64,000 bases of DNA from Nitrospiria bacterium (GTDB lineage: Bacteria > Nitrospirota > Nitrospiria > SBBL01 > JAADHI01): NCBI GenBank assembly GCA_945787655.1, contig CALZIJ010000009.1:3588-67587 (forward strand). The letters are read 5' to 3'. Below, one piece after another: positions 18,037 through 26,770 of this stretch (within the stretch, counting starts at the first letter, position 1; the number at the start of each line of letters is the position of its first letter). The notes under the pieces were generated by a model. It did no database searches and was not told where the DNA came from. It saw only the letters and a list, made by a program, of their open reading frames with translations. Position numbers and translations under genes: made by a program.

Positions 18037-18846
18037 TTACAAGTCTTTGGCACACCGAAACCCCAGAAATGGAAGTCGTGTTTCGGGAGTAACATTTTGA
18101 CGGTAAGGTAATCTTGAAAAAATTGAAAGCGCATAGTGGCCGGATTCACCAAAGGCATCCCCTTTTGCCACTTTAAATTGCTGACCAAAATCATCGGATT
18201 GATAATCCGCTCCAGGAAAAGGCTGGTACCAGTCCGCCGACCATTCCATCACATTGCCATTTAAATCATACACATCGTAGAAACTCCGGTCCTGAGAAAA
18301 CCGTCCAATCATCATCACATTGCCGTGGGAACCGGCACTCACATTGGCCTTGGTGCCATCAAATTCATTTCCCCAAACATAAAGGTTACCATTTGGACCG
18401 CGTGCTGCTTTTTCCCATTCCGCTTCTGTGGGCAACCTTTTAGCCAATGATCGGCAATAATCCCGTGCTTCATACCAATTGACTTCAACCACAGGTAAAA
18501 GCGCCATTCCTGGGGGATGTGAATCCCCTTTCCAATACGGAGGCGGCCTGCGTTTTCGCGCATGAATAAACCGCTGATAGTCTTCATTGGTTACTTCAAA
18601 GCGATCAATATAAAAATCATCCAGTGAGAGACGTCTTTCGGGATGTTCATCGAGATAAAAAGGTTTTTTATTCCCCAACTCGCCCTGGCTTTCCGTATCA
18701 TCAGGGACATCATTACTTCCCATAATAAAAGGGCCGGTAGGAATAAGCACCATTTTGGGCGGAACAGCTTCACGCTGCAGCAAAAAATAAAATATGCCGC
18801 CAAAAAGAAGTAACAGGGAAAGGAATAATAACAGTTTTTTGGACAT
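18037..18846 (-). CDS. Membrane-anchored FGE-sulfatase/SUMF1-domain protein (formylglycine-generating-enzyme family)
   Basis: ATG 18846 (MSKKLLLFLSLLLLFGGIFYFLLQ, an N-terminal anchor). FYIDRFEVTNEDY, VNWYEARDYC, LPTEAEWEKAARG, NVMEW, C-terminal LGFRCAKD, all typical of PF03781-type domains. Last gene of the cytochrome operon. Confidence 0.8.
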   Translation of the reverse strand: MSKKLLLFLSLLLLFGGIFYFLLQREAVPPKMVLIPTGPFIMGSNDVPDDTESQGELGNKKPFYLDEHPERRLSLDDFYIDRFEVTNEDYQRFIHARKRRPPPYWKGDSHPPGMALLPVVEVNWYEARDYCRSLAKRLPTEAEWEKAARGPNGNLYVWGNEFDGTKANVSAGSHGNVMMIGRFSQDRSFYDVYDLNGNVMEWSADWYQPFPGADYQSDDFGQQFKVAKGDAFGESGHYALSIFSRLPYRQNVTPETRLPFLGFRCAKDL

Positions 18847-18951
18847 CAATGGTACTCCGCCAAGACCAGTTTGATGGAGTACTACTTTTTGAAAAAAGCC
18901 ATCATGAAAGGGCGCAGGATAATCGTCCAATCGGATCGGTGCCACATTCTA

Positions 18952-21900
18952 TTATTTCTGTCCGTCCATTACGGAATGTGCATCTGTATTATGGTTCATG
19001 TCAAAACCATGACAGCGGAGGTTACAGCCAGGACCACGATGCCGTTTTCCGGGGTCTGTAGGATGATTGAAATCATTGTCTGCGGTCGCACCGACCTGAC
19101 CACCATCCGGACCATTCACAATTTTTCCGGCGCCCCACATGGGTTGATCCGGGACACGGTTTCCTCTGATATTCGGTTGAAAGTTCAGCAAATGGGTGTT
19201 GGTTTCATGGCCTGGATTGTCCGCTTTAAATTCAGCGCTGTTCATGCCCACAAAAACCGTATTTCCCGACTCAATATTGCTGTGAACATTATTATGGCAT
19301 TCATGACACCGTGCATTCGTCCGGCCAATCAAATGCAGCATATGGAGATTGCCTCCGGTGGTGTTTAGCCCGTCCACATTGGAAGTACCGCATCGGTAAA
19401 AATTGGTCAGGCGGCTCTTCGGGGCAGGGGTCCCCTGTTCCGGATCGGAGGATGGCGGACAATCCTGTGTTTCCCACCACGGCGTAATAAAAGCCGATTC
19501 ATTATGACAATTAAAACACAGAGCAAAATTTTGAGGATTGTATTGCCCGGTGACTGTGCCCGCCGGTTTGGTTTCCGCCGTTCCGATATTTGTGTCATAG
19601 TTTGCACGTAAGATTCTTTTGTATATGGAACCGTGAGGACCTTGTGCCGTTTTTGGATCATTTAAAGACGAAGTCCGTACCCCCACGGGCTCTTCAGGAA
19701 TACTCGGAGATCGGTCCGTATCTCTACGGTAAGCTTTTCCTCGTGTATCATCAAAACTGATCGGGCCGGGGTAATCCGGGAAATTAATGCCAATTGGAAA
19801 ACCGGCGGCTAACCCTTTAAAAAGCGGGATACCTCCCAGATAGGTTCCGAAAAGATCCGTGTTGTGACAATCCGGGCATTGCAGGGTTGCGACACGGGAA
19901 AGCCCGCCCGATCCGTCATGACCACTGACACGCCCGTTGCTGTCAAAACTGGCCTGTGAACCGAACCCACCCATAAGCTGCCCTTGCTGAGTCGGAACAT
20001 CGACAAAAAGATTATAATTATTCAAAACCCCGGACTGATTCCGCCCCGGCTGAAATACAGGGTGAAAGGAGGTGTTAAACATCGGTGGACTCGGATCTAC
20101 CAACAAAGGCCCTCCCGGATTTCCAGTATCTGGCACCCTGAAATTTTCGGGATAAAAAGGGATTGAATTGGGGTCGAATTCCTTGCGTTTATTGCTGCCG
20201 TGCGCATTAACCCCCACAGCGGGATTAATCGGGCTGTTCCCCCGTGCCTGAACTATTTTCCCCGTACCAACAGCTGTAAACAGCGCCTCTCGCACATGGT
20301 TATTAAAAGTGTTCCCATGACACCTCAAACAGACTTCATAAAGCCAGGGTTCACGAACCTCACTGGCTCCCCGAACCGTTTTGGCCACAATTTGGCTGCG
20401 GATTGTAATCCCCGGAATTCCCTGAAAACGGTTTCTGCGGGTCACGCGATGCATGTTATGACAATCCACACATTCTACATGCGAGGTATCCGGTGTATTG
20501 GGCGCGTGTTCTAAATCGATGTCCTTATTCCCTGGCGGCGTATCAAAAGGGCCCCCAAAATAAGAGGGAATCCGGTTGTCACTGCCCAGTTGTACCCCTT
20601 CTTTCGGGTCATCCACAAATACAGGTTGATGGCCCAGTGCCATGGTCAAATCCATAGCGCTTCCGGTTGGGGAAGTCCCGTGGTTCCCATTCCCTTCACG
20701 GTCTCTAAAAAACTGACTTTGAATATCCGGAGCTCGCGTCGGCGCCTGAAGGATGGAGGTTTCCTGTGGCTGGTGACACTGAAAACAGGTCGTTTCAATG
20801 GAGACATTGCCGGCAGGATCTACCCCTTCACGTAAAATACGGATGGCCCCTTGACGGGTGTGGGGGTCATGACATACCAAACAGGCCCGTTCCGCCACAA
20901 CCGGGGTTTCTCCGTCGTGCAGGTTGGTTGCCCCCGGTTTAAGCAGGCTATCATCAAAAACGCCGGTTTGCCGGTCCCCAAAATGGGAATTCAGCTCGTC
21001 CGGATTATAAGGCCAGCCTGGTTTGTCATGGCAAAACAGACATAAAATCGCACCGCCCTCATTTGGAGGAGAGGCACGGTTTGGTCCTCCGACGCGTTTT
21101 TCAGCCTGTGTGGACGCAAAGGTGCGGGCTTGCAGACGGTTTGCCCGTAAAAATTTAGGGAAATCAACCTGATGCGGGTTATGACAAGAGGTACACTGTA
21201 CGGAATCAAATACATTGACATCATCCCCCGAAGCGCGTCGTAACGGGCCAATCGGGGTCGGTGTACTCTGCGTAAAAGGCCGTCGAAGGGGTGGGCCCGG
21301 ATTGACAAACTCAACATCTTTTGCAATCAGGGCGGCATCAAATTTCATTGAAATCGGGTGATCATTTCTCAGATCCCTTCCCAATGCCCGGGTATTTTGT
21401 GAAGTGGCGCCTTCACCGACGGGAATGCTGCCAAAAGGACCGGCAGGATCCTGCCCGGTCGGATACTCCATCGTATATTCGCCATTCAGACCACCACTGC
21501 CGCCCTTGTTTAATACATTCCCCAGGGCAATCGTGCCATCGTGACAAGAAAGGCAAAGCCTGGAATAACCGGTGGGCTGACCGGGCGCATTCGGCGTGGC
21601 TTCAAATGATTTGCTCCATACCTGGTCATACATCTGATACTGCGCCCTTGAAAGACTTCTGTTCCAAATCGGTGCCTGAAACGGGATTCCTTCACGGTTG
21701 GCGCCATGAGGCGTGTGGCAGAACACGCAAACTTCCGTTGTCCCGTTCGACAATGAGGATTTAATATTTCGTTGTTGATCGGGACTAAAAATTTCTTCAA
21801 ACAACTGTTGCTGTTCCGCATCCAGCGGGACGGCAGACAGGTTGTGCTTGGTCGCACTGACATCCTCGGTAAAGGGTTCAGAAGTCGGTTGCGCCCAGGA

Positions 21901-22041
21901 GGGCTGATCCGATGATAAAAAGAATGAAAAACCCGTTATAAGAACAAGCAGAATCAGTATAGAAAAAGAGAAAATCCCCTGTAAATCAGGCTTTCTGACA
22001 ATTGATCGAATTTTCTTTATCAATAGAGATAACCCTTTCAT
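18952..22041 (-). CDS. Large secreted multihaem cytochrome c (11 CXXCH + 1 CX3CH)
   Basis: 1029 aa with N-terminal hydrophobic signal (FSILILLVLITGFSFFL...SWA/QP). CXXCH motifs counted by eye: CVFCH, CLSCH, CTSCH, CLFCH, CLVCH, CFQCH, CVDCH, CLRCH, CPDCH, CFNCH, CHECH. Also CNLRCH at 19009-19026. CVFCH verified on DNA at 21715-21729. Confidence 0.9.
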   Translation of the reverse strand: MKGLSLLIKKIRSIVRKPDLQGIFSFSILILLVLITGFSFFLSSDQPSWAQPTSEPFTEDVSATKHNLSAVPLDAEQQQLFEEIFSPDQQRNIKSSLSNGTTEVCVFCHTPHGANREGIPFQAPIWNRSLSRAQYQMYDQVWSKSFEATPNAPGQPTGYSRLCLSCHDGTIALGNVLNKGGSGGLNGEYTMEYPTGQDPAGPFGSIPVGEGATSQNTRALGRDLRNDHPISMKFDAALIAKDVEFVNPGPPLRRPFTQSTPTPIGPLRRASGDDVNVFDSVQCTSCHNPHQVDFPKFLRANRLQARTFASTQAEKRVGGPNRASPPNEGGAILCLFCHDKPGWPYNPDELNSHFGDRQTGVFDDSLLKPGATNLHDGETPVVAERACLVCHDPHTRQGAIRILREGVDPAGNVSIETTCFQCHQPQETSILQAPTRAPDIQSQFFRDREGNGNHGTSPTGSAMDLTMALGHQPVFVDDPKEGVQLGSDNRIPSYFGGPFDTPPGNKDIDLEHAPNTPDTSHVECVDCHNMHRVTRRNRFQGIPGITIRSQIVAKTVRGASEVREPWLYEVCLRCHGNTFNNHVREALFTAVGTGKIVQARGNSPINPAVGVNAHGSNKRKEFDPNSIPFYPENFRVPDTGNPGGPLLVDPSPPMFNTSFHPVFQPGRNQSGVLNNYNLFVDVPTQQGQLMGGFGSQASFDSNGRVSGHDGSGGLSRVATLQCPDCHNTDLFGTYLGGIPLFKGLAAGFPIGINFPDYPGPISFDDTRGKAYRRDTDRSPSIPEEPVGVRTSSLNDPKTAQGPHGSIYKRILRANYDTNIGTAETKPAGTVTGQYNPQNFALCFNCHNESAFITPWWETQDCPPSSDPEQGTPAPKSRLTNFYRCGTSNVDGLNTTGGNLHMLHLIGRTNARCHECHNNVHSNIESGNTVFVGMNSAEFKADNPGHETNTHLLNFQPNIRGNRVPDQPMWGAGKIVNGPDGGQVGATADNDFNHPTDPGKRHRGPGCNLRCHGFDMNHNTDAHSVMDGQK

Positions 22042-22090
22042 AGACAGATGAATATAATCAGCACACTTTTTTTTGTCAACAAAAACCCCC

Positions 22091-23128
22091 TTAACCGGAG
22101 GGTCTCTCTCTTAATAACTGGAAAACCTGAAGCCTTTTATTATAGGCATCTGCAACATAAATTTGTCCACCCTGCGCCACGGCAATGCCTGCGGGCAGCC
22201 AAAATGCACCCGGATCTTTCCCGGATTTTCCGAAATTGAGCAGTAATTCTCCGGAAGAATTAAAAACCTGAACGGTGTCAAACAAGGTATCCACCACATA
22301 AATATTTTTATCGCGGTCTACAGCAACGCCTTTTGGGCGGGAAAATTGTCCCAGCTGACTTCCAAGACTCCCCAGCTGGGATTTAAACTGCCCTTCCGGG
22401 GTAAACACCTGAACGCGAAAATTCAAGGAATCCGAGACATAAAGCGCGCCGTCCATATCCACAGTCGCATAGGTTGGGAAATTGAAGGCGCCTTCGGCGA
22501 TTCCACGCTTTCCAATCGTCCCTTGTGCTTCTCCTTCAAGGGAATAGACCAGAACCTGGTGCCCCATCGTGTCGACTGCATACAACTTTTCACGAGCGGC
22601 ATCAATTGCCAATCCTGAAATCCGCTTTGCACGTTCGTCATTGCCAATCACCCGGATCATTTTTTTATCCCGATTAAACACAAATATCCGATTCAGATCG
22701 GTATCCGATACATACAAAAGTCCAGCGGCATCCACGGCAACGCCAATAGGGTTTTGAAGGCGTTCTGTCTGTGTAATCTGATAAAGCTGGTGATATTTTT
22801 TATTGTTTACATCAAAATAATGCACGACCTGCAATCCGGTATCAGCAACATACACCCCGCCTTCAAAATCGACCGCCACACCTGAGGGGCGAATAATATA
22901 AGGAATTTTCCCTTTTCCAAAAATAAACTGGACCACACGTTTAAACCAAGTGGGTTTGAGACCAATATCTTCAGGTTTGGACCAAACGTCCACAAAGGAA
23001 ATTTTAGGGGCATCCGGGGGCTTAGGCCAAAGAATTGTCGGATGTTCCTTGACCGGTGCGGTTGCACACGCCGATAACAGCATGAACGCAACAAGAAAGA
23101 CCGCATATTTTAACCGTTGATTTCGCAT
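22091..23128 (-). CDS. Six-bladed NHL-repeat beta-propeller lipoprotein
   Basis: Lipobox MLLSAC. Six repeats of the Y(V/A)(A/S/V)D...(V/I)x(V/I)(F/Y) type: YVADTGLQVVHYFD, YVSDTDLNRIFVFN, YAVDTMGHQVLVYS, YVSDSLNFRVQVFT, YVVDTLFDTVQVFN, YVADAYNKRLQVFQ. Confidence 0.85.
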   Translation of the reverse strand: MRNQRLKYAVFLVAFMLLSACATAPVKEHPTILWPKPPDAPKISFVDVWSKPEDIGLKPTWFKRVVQFIFGKGKIPYIIRPSGVAVDFEGGVYVADTGLQVVHYFDVNNKKYHQLYQITQTERLQNPIGVAVDAAGLLYVSDTDLNRIFVFNRDKKMIRVIGNDERAKRISGLAIDAAREKLYAVDTMGHQVLVYSLEGEAQGTIGKRGIAEGAFNFPTYATVDMDGALYVSDSLNFRVQVFTPEGQFKSQLGSLGSQLGQFSRPKGVAVDRDKNIYVVDTLFDTVQVFNSSGELLLNFGKSGKDPGAFWLPAGIAVAQGGQIYVADAYNKRLQVFQLLRERPSG

Positions 23129-23136
23129 GATTATAT

Positions 23137-25008
23137 TTAAAAGGACCGGCTGGCGCGGACAAAAACAGACTGGTTTTCAAAATCCACATCTTCCGTACTT
23201 TTCGATGTGTCTTTCCCCCACCTTGCATCAGCGCTAAACAGGAACTTTCCGATGTTGTATGTCAATCCGCCCGTCGTTTGCAATGTGTCTCGGTCCAGGG
23301 AACTATTGCCTTCAGACCGCTCCTGACTTGCACGCGCAGTGAAAGAAAAAGAGGTATCCCCGATAATAAAACTCCAATGCAGCTCTTCATAAAAAATATG
23401 AGAATCCGTATAAAATCCTCCGGGATAATTTTGAAGCGTATATCCCGCAGAAAACATCGCTCCGGGATAGAAATAATAATTACCCCGGCCATCCAAAAGA
23501 AAATTTTCTCCGGCCGCGCCAAAACCATCAATTTTGGTGTAACTGGCTGTCGATTGCAACAAGAGGCTGTCGTCATCCCGAAACAATCCCCTGAAATAAC
23601 TGGAGTCCGCATTGAGCTGAAAAAGGTGTGAGAGCTGATCCCCTTCCCCCTGAGTCTGGGAGCTGCCGCCGGTGTGGCTTCGGTCCAGATCATTCAAAGT
23701 GTATCCCAGGGTCAAATGCACATACCGGATTTGTGTGTTTTCTACTGAGAATGACAAGGTGTGCATTGTATCCTTGGATTCCCCCTGGCCGTCCGTATCC
23801 GAGAACCCGTGACTGATGGCGTAACGTGTGGAATACCGAATGGATTCGAGCGCCCGGGTATAATCCAGGTTTCCACGGTAACGCAGATAGTTTGTAGAAA
23901 TATCCGATGCGCCGCCCTTTGTTTCCGTCATCCCGTAGGATGCGCCAAACCCCGAAGAAAACCCGAAAAAAGGACGATAATTCAAGGTGTAATCAACAAA
24001 GGGCGAGGTGGTCTCGACATCACTGATATCATAACGAAAATAACGTGCGCTCATCACCATGTCCAAATCTTCGGTCGGGCGATATGATCCGCTCCAGAAT
24101 GCATTTTGCTGGCTAATTCTCGGTCCGGCGGATGATGAGGGGGTTTCACTTAAATTAATCCGGGCATGCGTTCCCCATTTTACAGAAGGCGTATAAGAGG
24201 CTGTCGCACCAAATCCGCGCTCAGGACGGATAGAGATTCCGGGCGCATGCCCGCCGCTTAATGGATCCGACCAACGCCAGTTTGTCGTTACGATAAGCGC
24301 GTTTGCCGGACGGCTTTCCGTATTGAGGGTATAAGAATGGCCGCCTCTTTTTTTCGAGGAGACCGACCCGAAACTTGCGATGTCGGCCTTTTGATACTGA
24401 TACCGTCCAATGAGCGTGGTTTCACGAAACTGTCCGCTGGATTCCAGGTTAAAAAACCGATTTACAGTGTTGGGGAGACGATTAGGGTCATCGGCTTCCA
24501 GTTCCGACTGATTATAAGAAACCGTCAGCCGGGGTAGTTTCGGTACGGAAAAGTTCCAGTTTCCGCCAAAGGTGATTAAGCGGTCCTTGACTTCAAGGCC
24601 GGACTGAAGCCCCACTGGATCAATTTTATTGGTCCGGTTCATCTGTTGATAATACAAACTGAACGGTGAAACATAAGGGAGCAGTGTCATATGAACGGAG
24701 TAGTCATTAAATTGAAAATCCTGATCCCCTCCCGCGCTATCCGTATCGGTGTCCTGGCTTTGATAAGTACCGTTTAAGAGCAGGTTACCGATGCGAGGAT
24801 TAAAGATTTCACCAAAGTTATGGAGATTGTATCGTTGCTGAAAAAAAGTGGTTTCCTGTGTTTCGTTCCCCTGTTCCGTTTTAAACTCACCATAACTGAG
24901 ATCAAGAGAACCGCCCAGGTTAATAAACCGGGATTCAGCTTGAACCGGAAGAAAAAGCATAAAGATTATGCCGAACCAGATTAAGTTTCTCTTCCTCAAA
25001 CGGAGCAA
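23137..25008 (-). CDS. Large outer-membrane beta-barrel protein (candidate cytochrome-sheathing porin)
   Basis: 623 aa. TTG start 4 nt after AGGAGG (25013-25018). Signal peptide IIFMLFLPVQA/ES. Long run of alternating amphipathic strands with Y/G/N/D/S/T-rich turns. C-terminus ...VFVRASRSF. Confidence 0.65.
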   Translation of the reverse strand: MLRLRKRNLIWFGIIFMLFLPVQAESRFINLGGSLDLSYGEFKTEQGNETQETTFFQQRYNLHNFGEIFNPRIGNLLLNGTYQSQDTDTDSAGGDQDFQFNDYSVHMTLLPYVSPFSLYYQQMNRTNKIDPVGLQSGLEVKDRLITFGGNWNFSVPKLPRLTVSYNQSELEADDPNRLPNTVNRFFNLESSGQFRETTLIGRYQYQKADIASFGSVSSKKRGGHSYTLNTESRPANALIVTTNWRWSDPLSGGHAPGISIRPERGFGATASYTPSVKWGTHARINLSETPSSSAGPRISQQNAFWSGSYRPTEDLDMVMSARYFRYDISDVETTSPFVDYTLNYRPFFGFSSGFGASYGMTETKGGASDISTNYLRYRGNLDYTRALESIRYSTRYAISHGFSDTDGQGESKDTMHTLSFSVENTQIRYVHLTLGYTLNDLDRSHTGGSSQTQGEGDQLSHLFQLNADSSYFRGLFRDDDSLLLQSTASYTKIDGFGAAGENFLLDGRGNYYFYPGAMFSAGYTLQNYPGGFYTDSHIFYEELHWSFIIGDTSFSFTARASQERSEGNSSLDRDTLQTTGGLTYNIGKFLFSADARWGKDTSKSTEDVDFENQSVFVRASRSF

Positions 25009-25067
25009 CCCGCCTCCTCTATTCGTTTAGCCTCAAACCACTCAGGATGATATTAACGGACAAGCAT

Positions 25068-25637
25068 TTATTGATCATCCGCTGAGGTAGTCAAACCATC
25101 GCCAAAAAGTTGAATTTCTGCACGTTGGGCCATTTCCTGTAAACGGTGACTGCGTTCTGACTCCGGCATTTTCAAATAACGCTCCCATGATTTCTGAATT
25201 AAAATCGAACGCACGACCCCTTTTCGAATATCTTCTAAATTCAAGGTTTGCTCAGACAATGCGGCATAAAACGCATCGACCGACTCAAACCGGTTTTGGA
25301 TTTTTTGAATACCGGCCTTAACTTCTTCTTCAGTGACCCTTAGATCATTTTCCAATCCACTTTGATATAAAAGTTCTTCCTCAATCAGTTTCTTCAATAC
25401 CTCTTTTCGAATCGAAGCCATTCTCATCGGAGACAGCTTCTGGTGTCCGATCTGCCGAAGGTAGGTTTGAACGAGCGTATCAACCTCATTTTCGTGAATC
25501 GGGGTTTTGTTGACTTCAGCCAGGGGCGCCGCTTTTACCGAGGGAACCATCAGCAAACTCATCAAAAACAGCGTGAATACCCCCCACTTTTTGTTTACGC
25601 TGAATCCGCTCGTTTTTTTCATCAAAGTCCACTTCAT
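25068..25637 (-). CDS. Periplasmic SurA-N-terminal-like chaperone lacking a parvulin rotamase domain
   Basis: 189 aa. Signal peptide FLMSLLMVPSVKA/AP. ...NKTPIHENEVDTLVQTYLRQ...IRKEVLKKLIEEELLYQ... resembles the SurA/PpiD N-terminal chaperone module. Too short to hold a PPIase domain. ATGA overlap with the upstream cytochrome gene. Confidence 0.6.
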   Translation of the reverse strand: MKWTLMKKTSGFSVNKKWGVFTLFLMSLLMVPSVKAAPLAEVNKTPIHENEVDTLVQTYLRQIGHQKLSPMRMASIRKEVLKKLIEEELLYQSGLENDLRVTEEEVKAGIQKIQNRFESVDAFYAALSEQTLNLEDIRKGVVRSILIQKSWERYLKMPESERSHRLQEMAQRAEIQLFGDGLTTSADDQ

Positions 25638-26770
25638 TTTTTATGACAACTTAAACAAATTAAACTTCTGGCGTTTCGATCTTGCGAATCCGGATTGGGC
25701 CGTGAAGCCAGACGCAGAAAAAGGGAATTATTAATAGTTTGCGCATTTACGGGGTCGGATAAAACCGGTTGTCCGCCGGGGCGGCTGGCTTCGTGCGGAT
25801 TATGACAGGAAGCACATTCGATATACGGCGCATCTGGACGACTGGGGTCGGACGGATAGGCCCGAATCCGGTCCCGTTTATCCAGTGGCAAGTTTGCCCC
25901 ATTCGGGTCTCGATCAATCCACATCACACTGCCGCTCCCCGGAATTCGTCCACCCTTGGTGGTGATATTGGTCAAGATCTCCTTGAATTGCGGGTCGGTT
26001 CTGGGGATTTCCATGCTAATCGGGTGATCATCCCTCAAATCGAGACCCAAGTTGGGGAAAGGTTCGGCCCCAAAGGAAGCATTCGGGCCGGACCCAAATT
26101 GGTCAAAATAGACAAACCCGCCATTACCCGTTGGGTCCGCATCCGCACGGCGGCCCTCCCGAAAACTATTCGCAGCATCCACAGCCGGGCCTGAAAAACC
26201 CATACCAATACTGCCACCCGGCCCGTCGAAGGTTTTATTTAAAGGGAAAAACCCGCCGGAGCCGGAGCTGTTAATCAAGGCATCAAAAGCCACCGCACCG
26301 TCATGGCAGGAAAGACACGCCAGGGAAACACCTTTGGGCCGACCCGGCGTTCCCGTCATGTCCTGTGCATCGAAATGAGGGCTGCTGTAAGGCGTATAGG
26401 CCATTGGGCTGGAGATACGCCGGTTCCATAACGGCGCGATTCCCTGAACACCGCCGACATTCGACCTCCCGCCGTGTGGCGTATGACAAAAAATACAGAC
26501 TTCTTCATTCAAGCGGATATCCCCTTCAATGCCTCGGACTTCAGGGTTCCGGGCACCACGCAAGGAAGTCAACCCGCCGGGGACAAAATCGTTTCCTTCT
26601 CCAGCAAGGATATCCGGATTAACAGCAAGATTATGTTTGGTATGCCGGACATCCTCTGACCCAAATGTACTTTTCAAGAAAAAAGGAAGACTCATGAAAG
26701 TGATGACGAACGCACCGAACATCCACTTTACAAGCATTCCGTTTCTATGTTTATGAAAAGAACGTTTCAT
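25634..26770 (-). CDS. Tetrahaem cytochrome c (periplasmic/secreted)
   Basis: 378 aa with signal-like N-terminus. CIFCH, CLSCH, CASCH, CLSCH. Shares the KHNL / CxFCHTPH / PLWNR / CLSCHDG / DLRDDHPISM / CASCHNPH scaffold with the other two cytochromes. Confidence 0.9.
   Translation of the reverse strand: MKRSFHKHRNGMLVKWMFGAFVITFMSLPFFLKSTFGSEDVRHTKHNLAVNPDILAGEGNDFVPGGLTSLRGARNPEVRGIEGDIRLNEEVCIFCHTPHGGRSNVGGVQGIAPLWNRRISSPMAYTPYSSPHFDAQDMTGTPGRPKGVSLACLSCHDGAVAFDALINSSGSGGFFPLNKTFDGPGGSIGMGFSGPAVDAANSFREGRRADADPTGNGGFVYFDQFGSGPNASFGAEPFPNLGLDLRDDHPISMEIPRTDPQFKEILTNITTKGGRIPGSGSVMWIDRDPNGANLPLDKRDRIRAYPSDPSRPDAPYIECASCHNPHEASRPGGQPVLSDPVNAQTINNSLFLRLASRPNPDSQDRNARSLICLSCHKK

Noticed and set aside
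18871-21764. Several plus-strand ORFs (18871-19368, 20200-20514, 20590-20835, 21321-21764) opposite the 1029-aa cytochrome gene
   Set aside because: They are shadow ORFs of a long gene whose frame is validated by 11 CXXCH motifs. Their translations are Arg/Pro-rich with no motifs.
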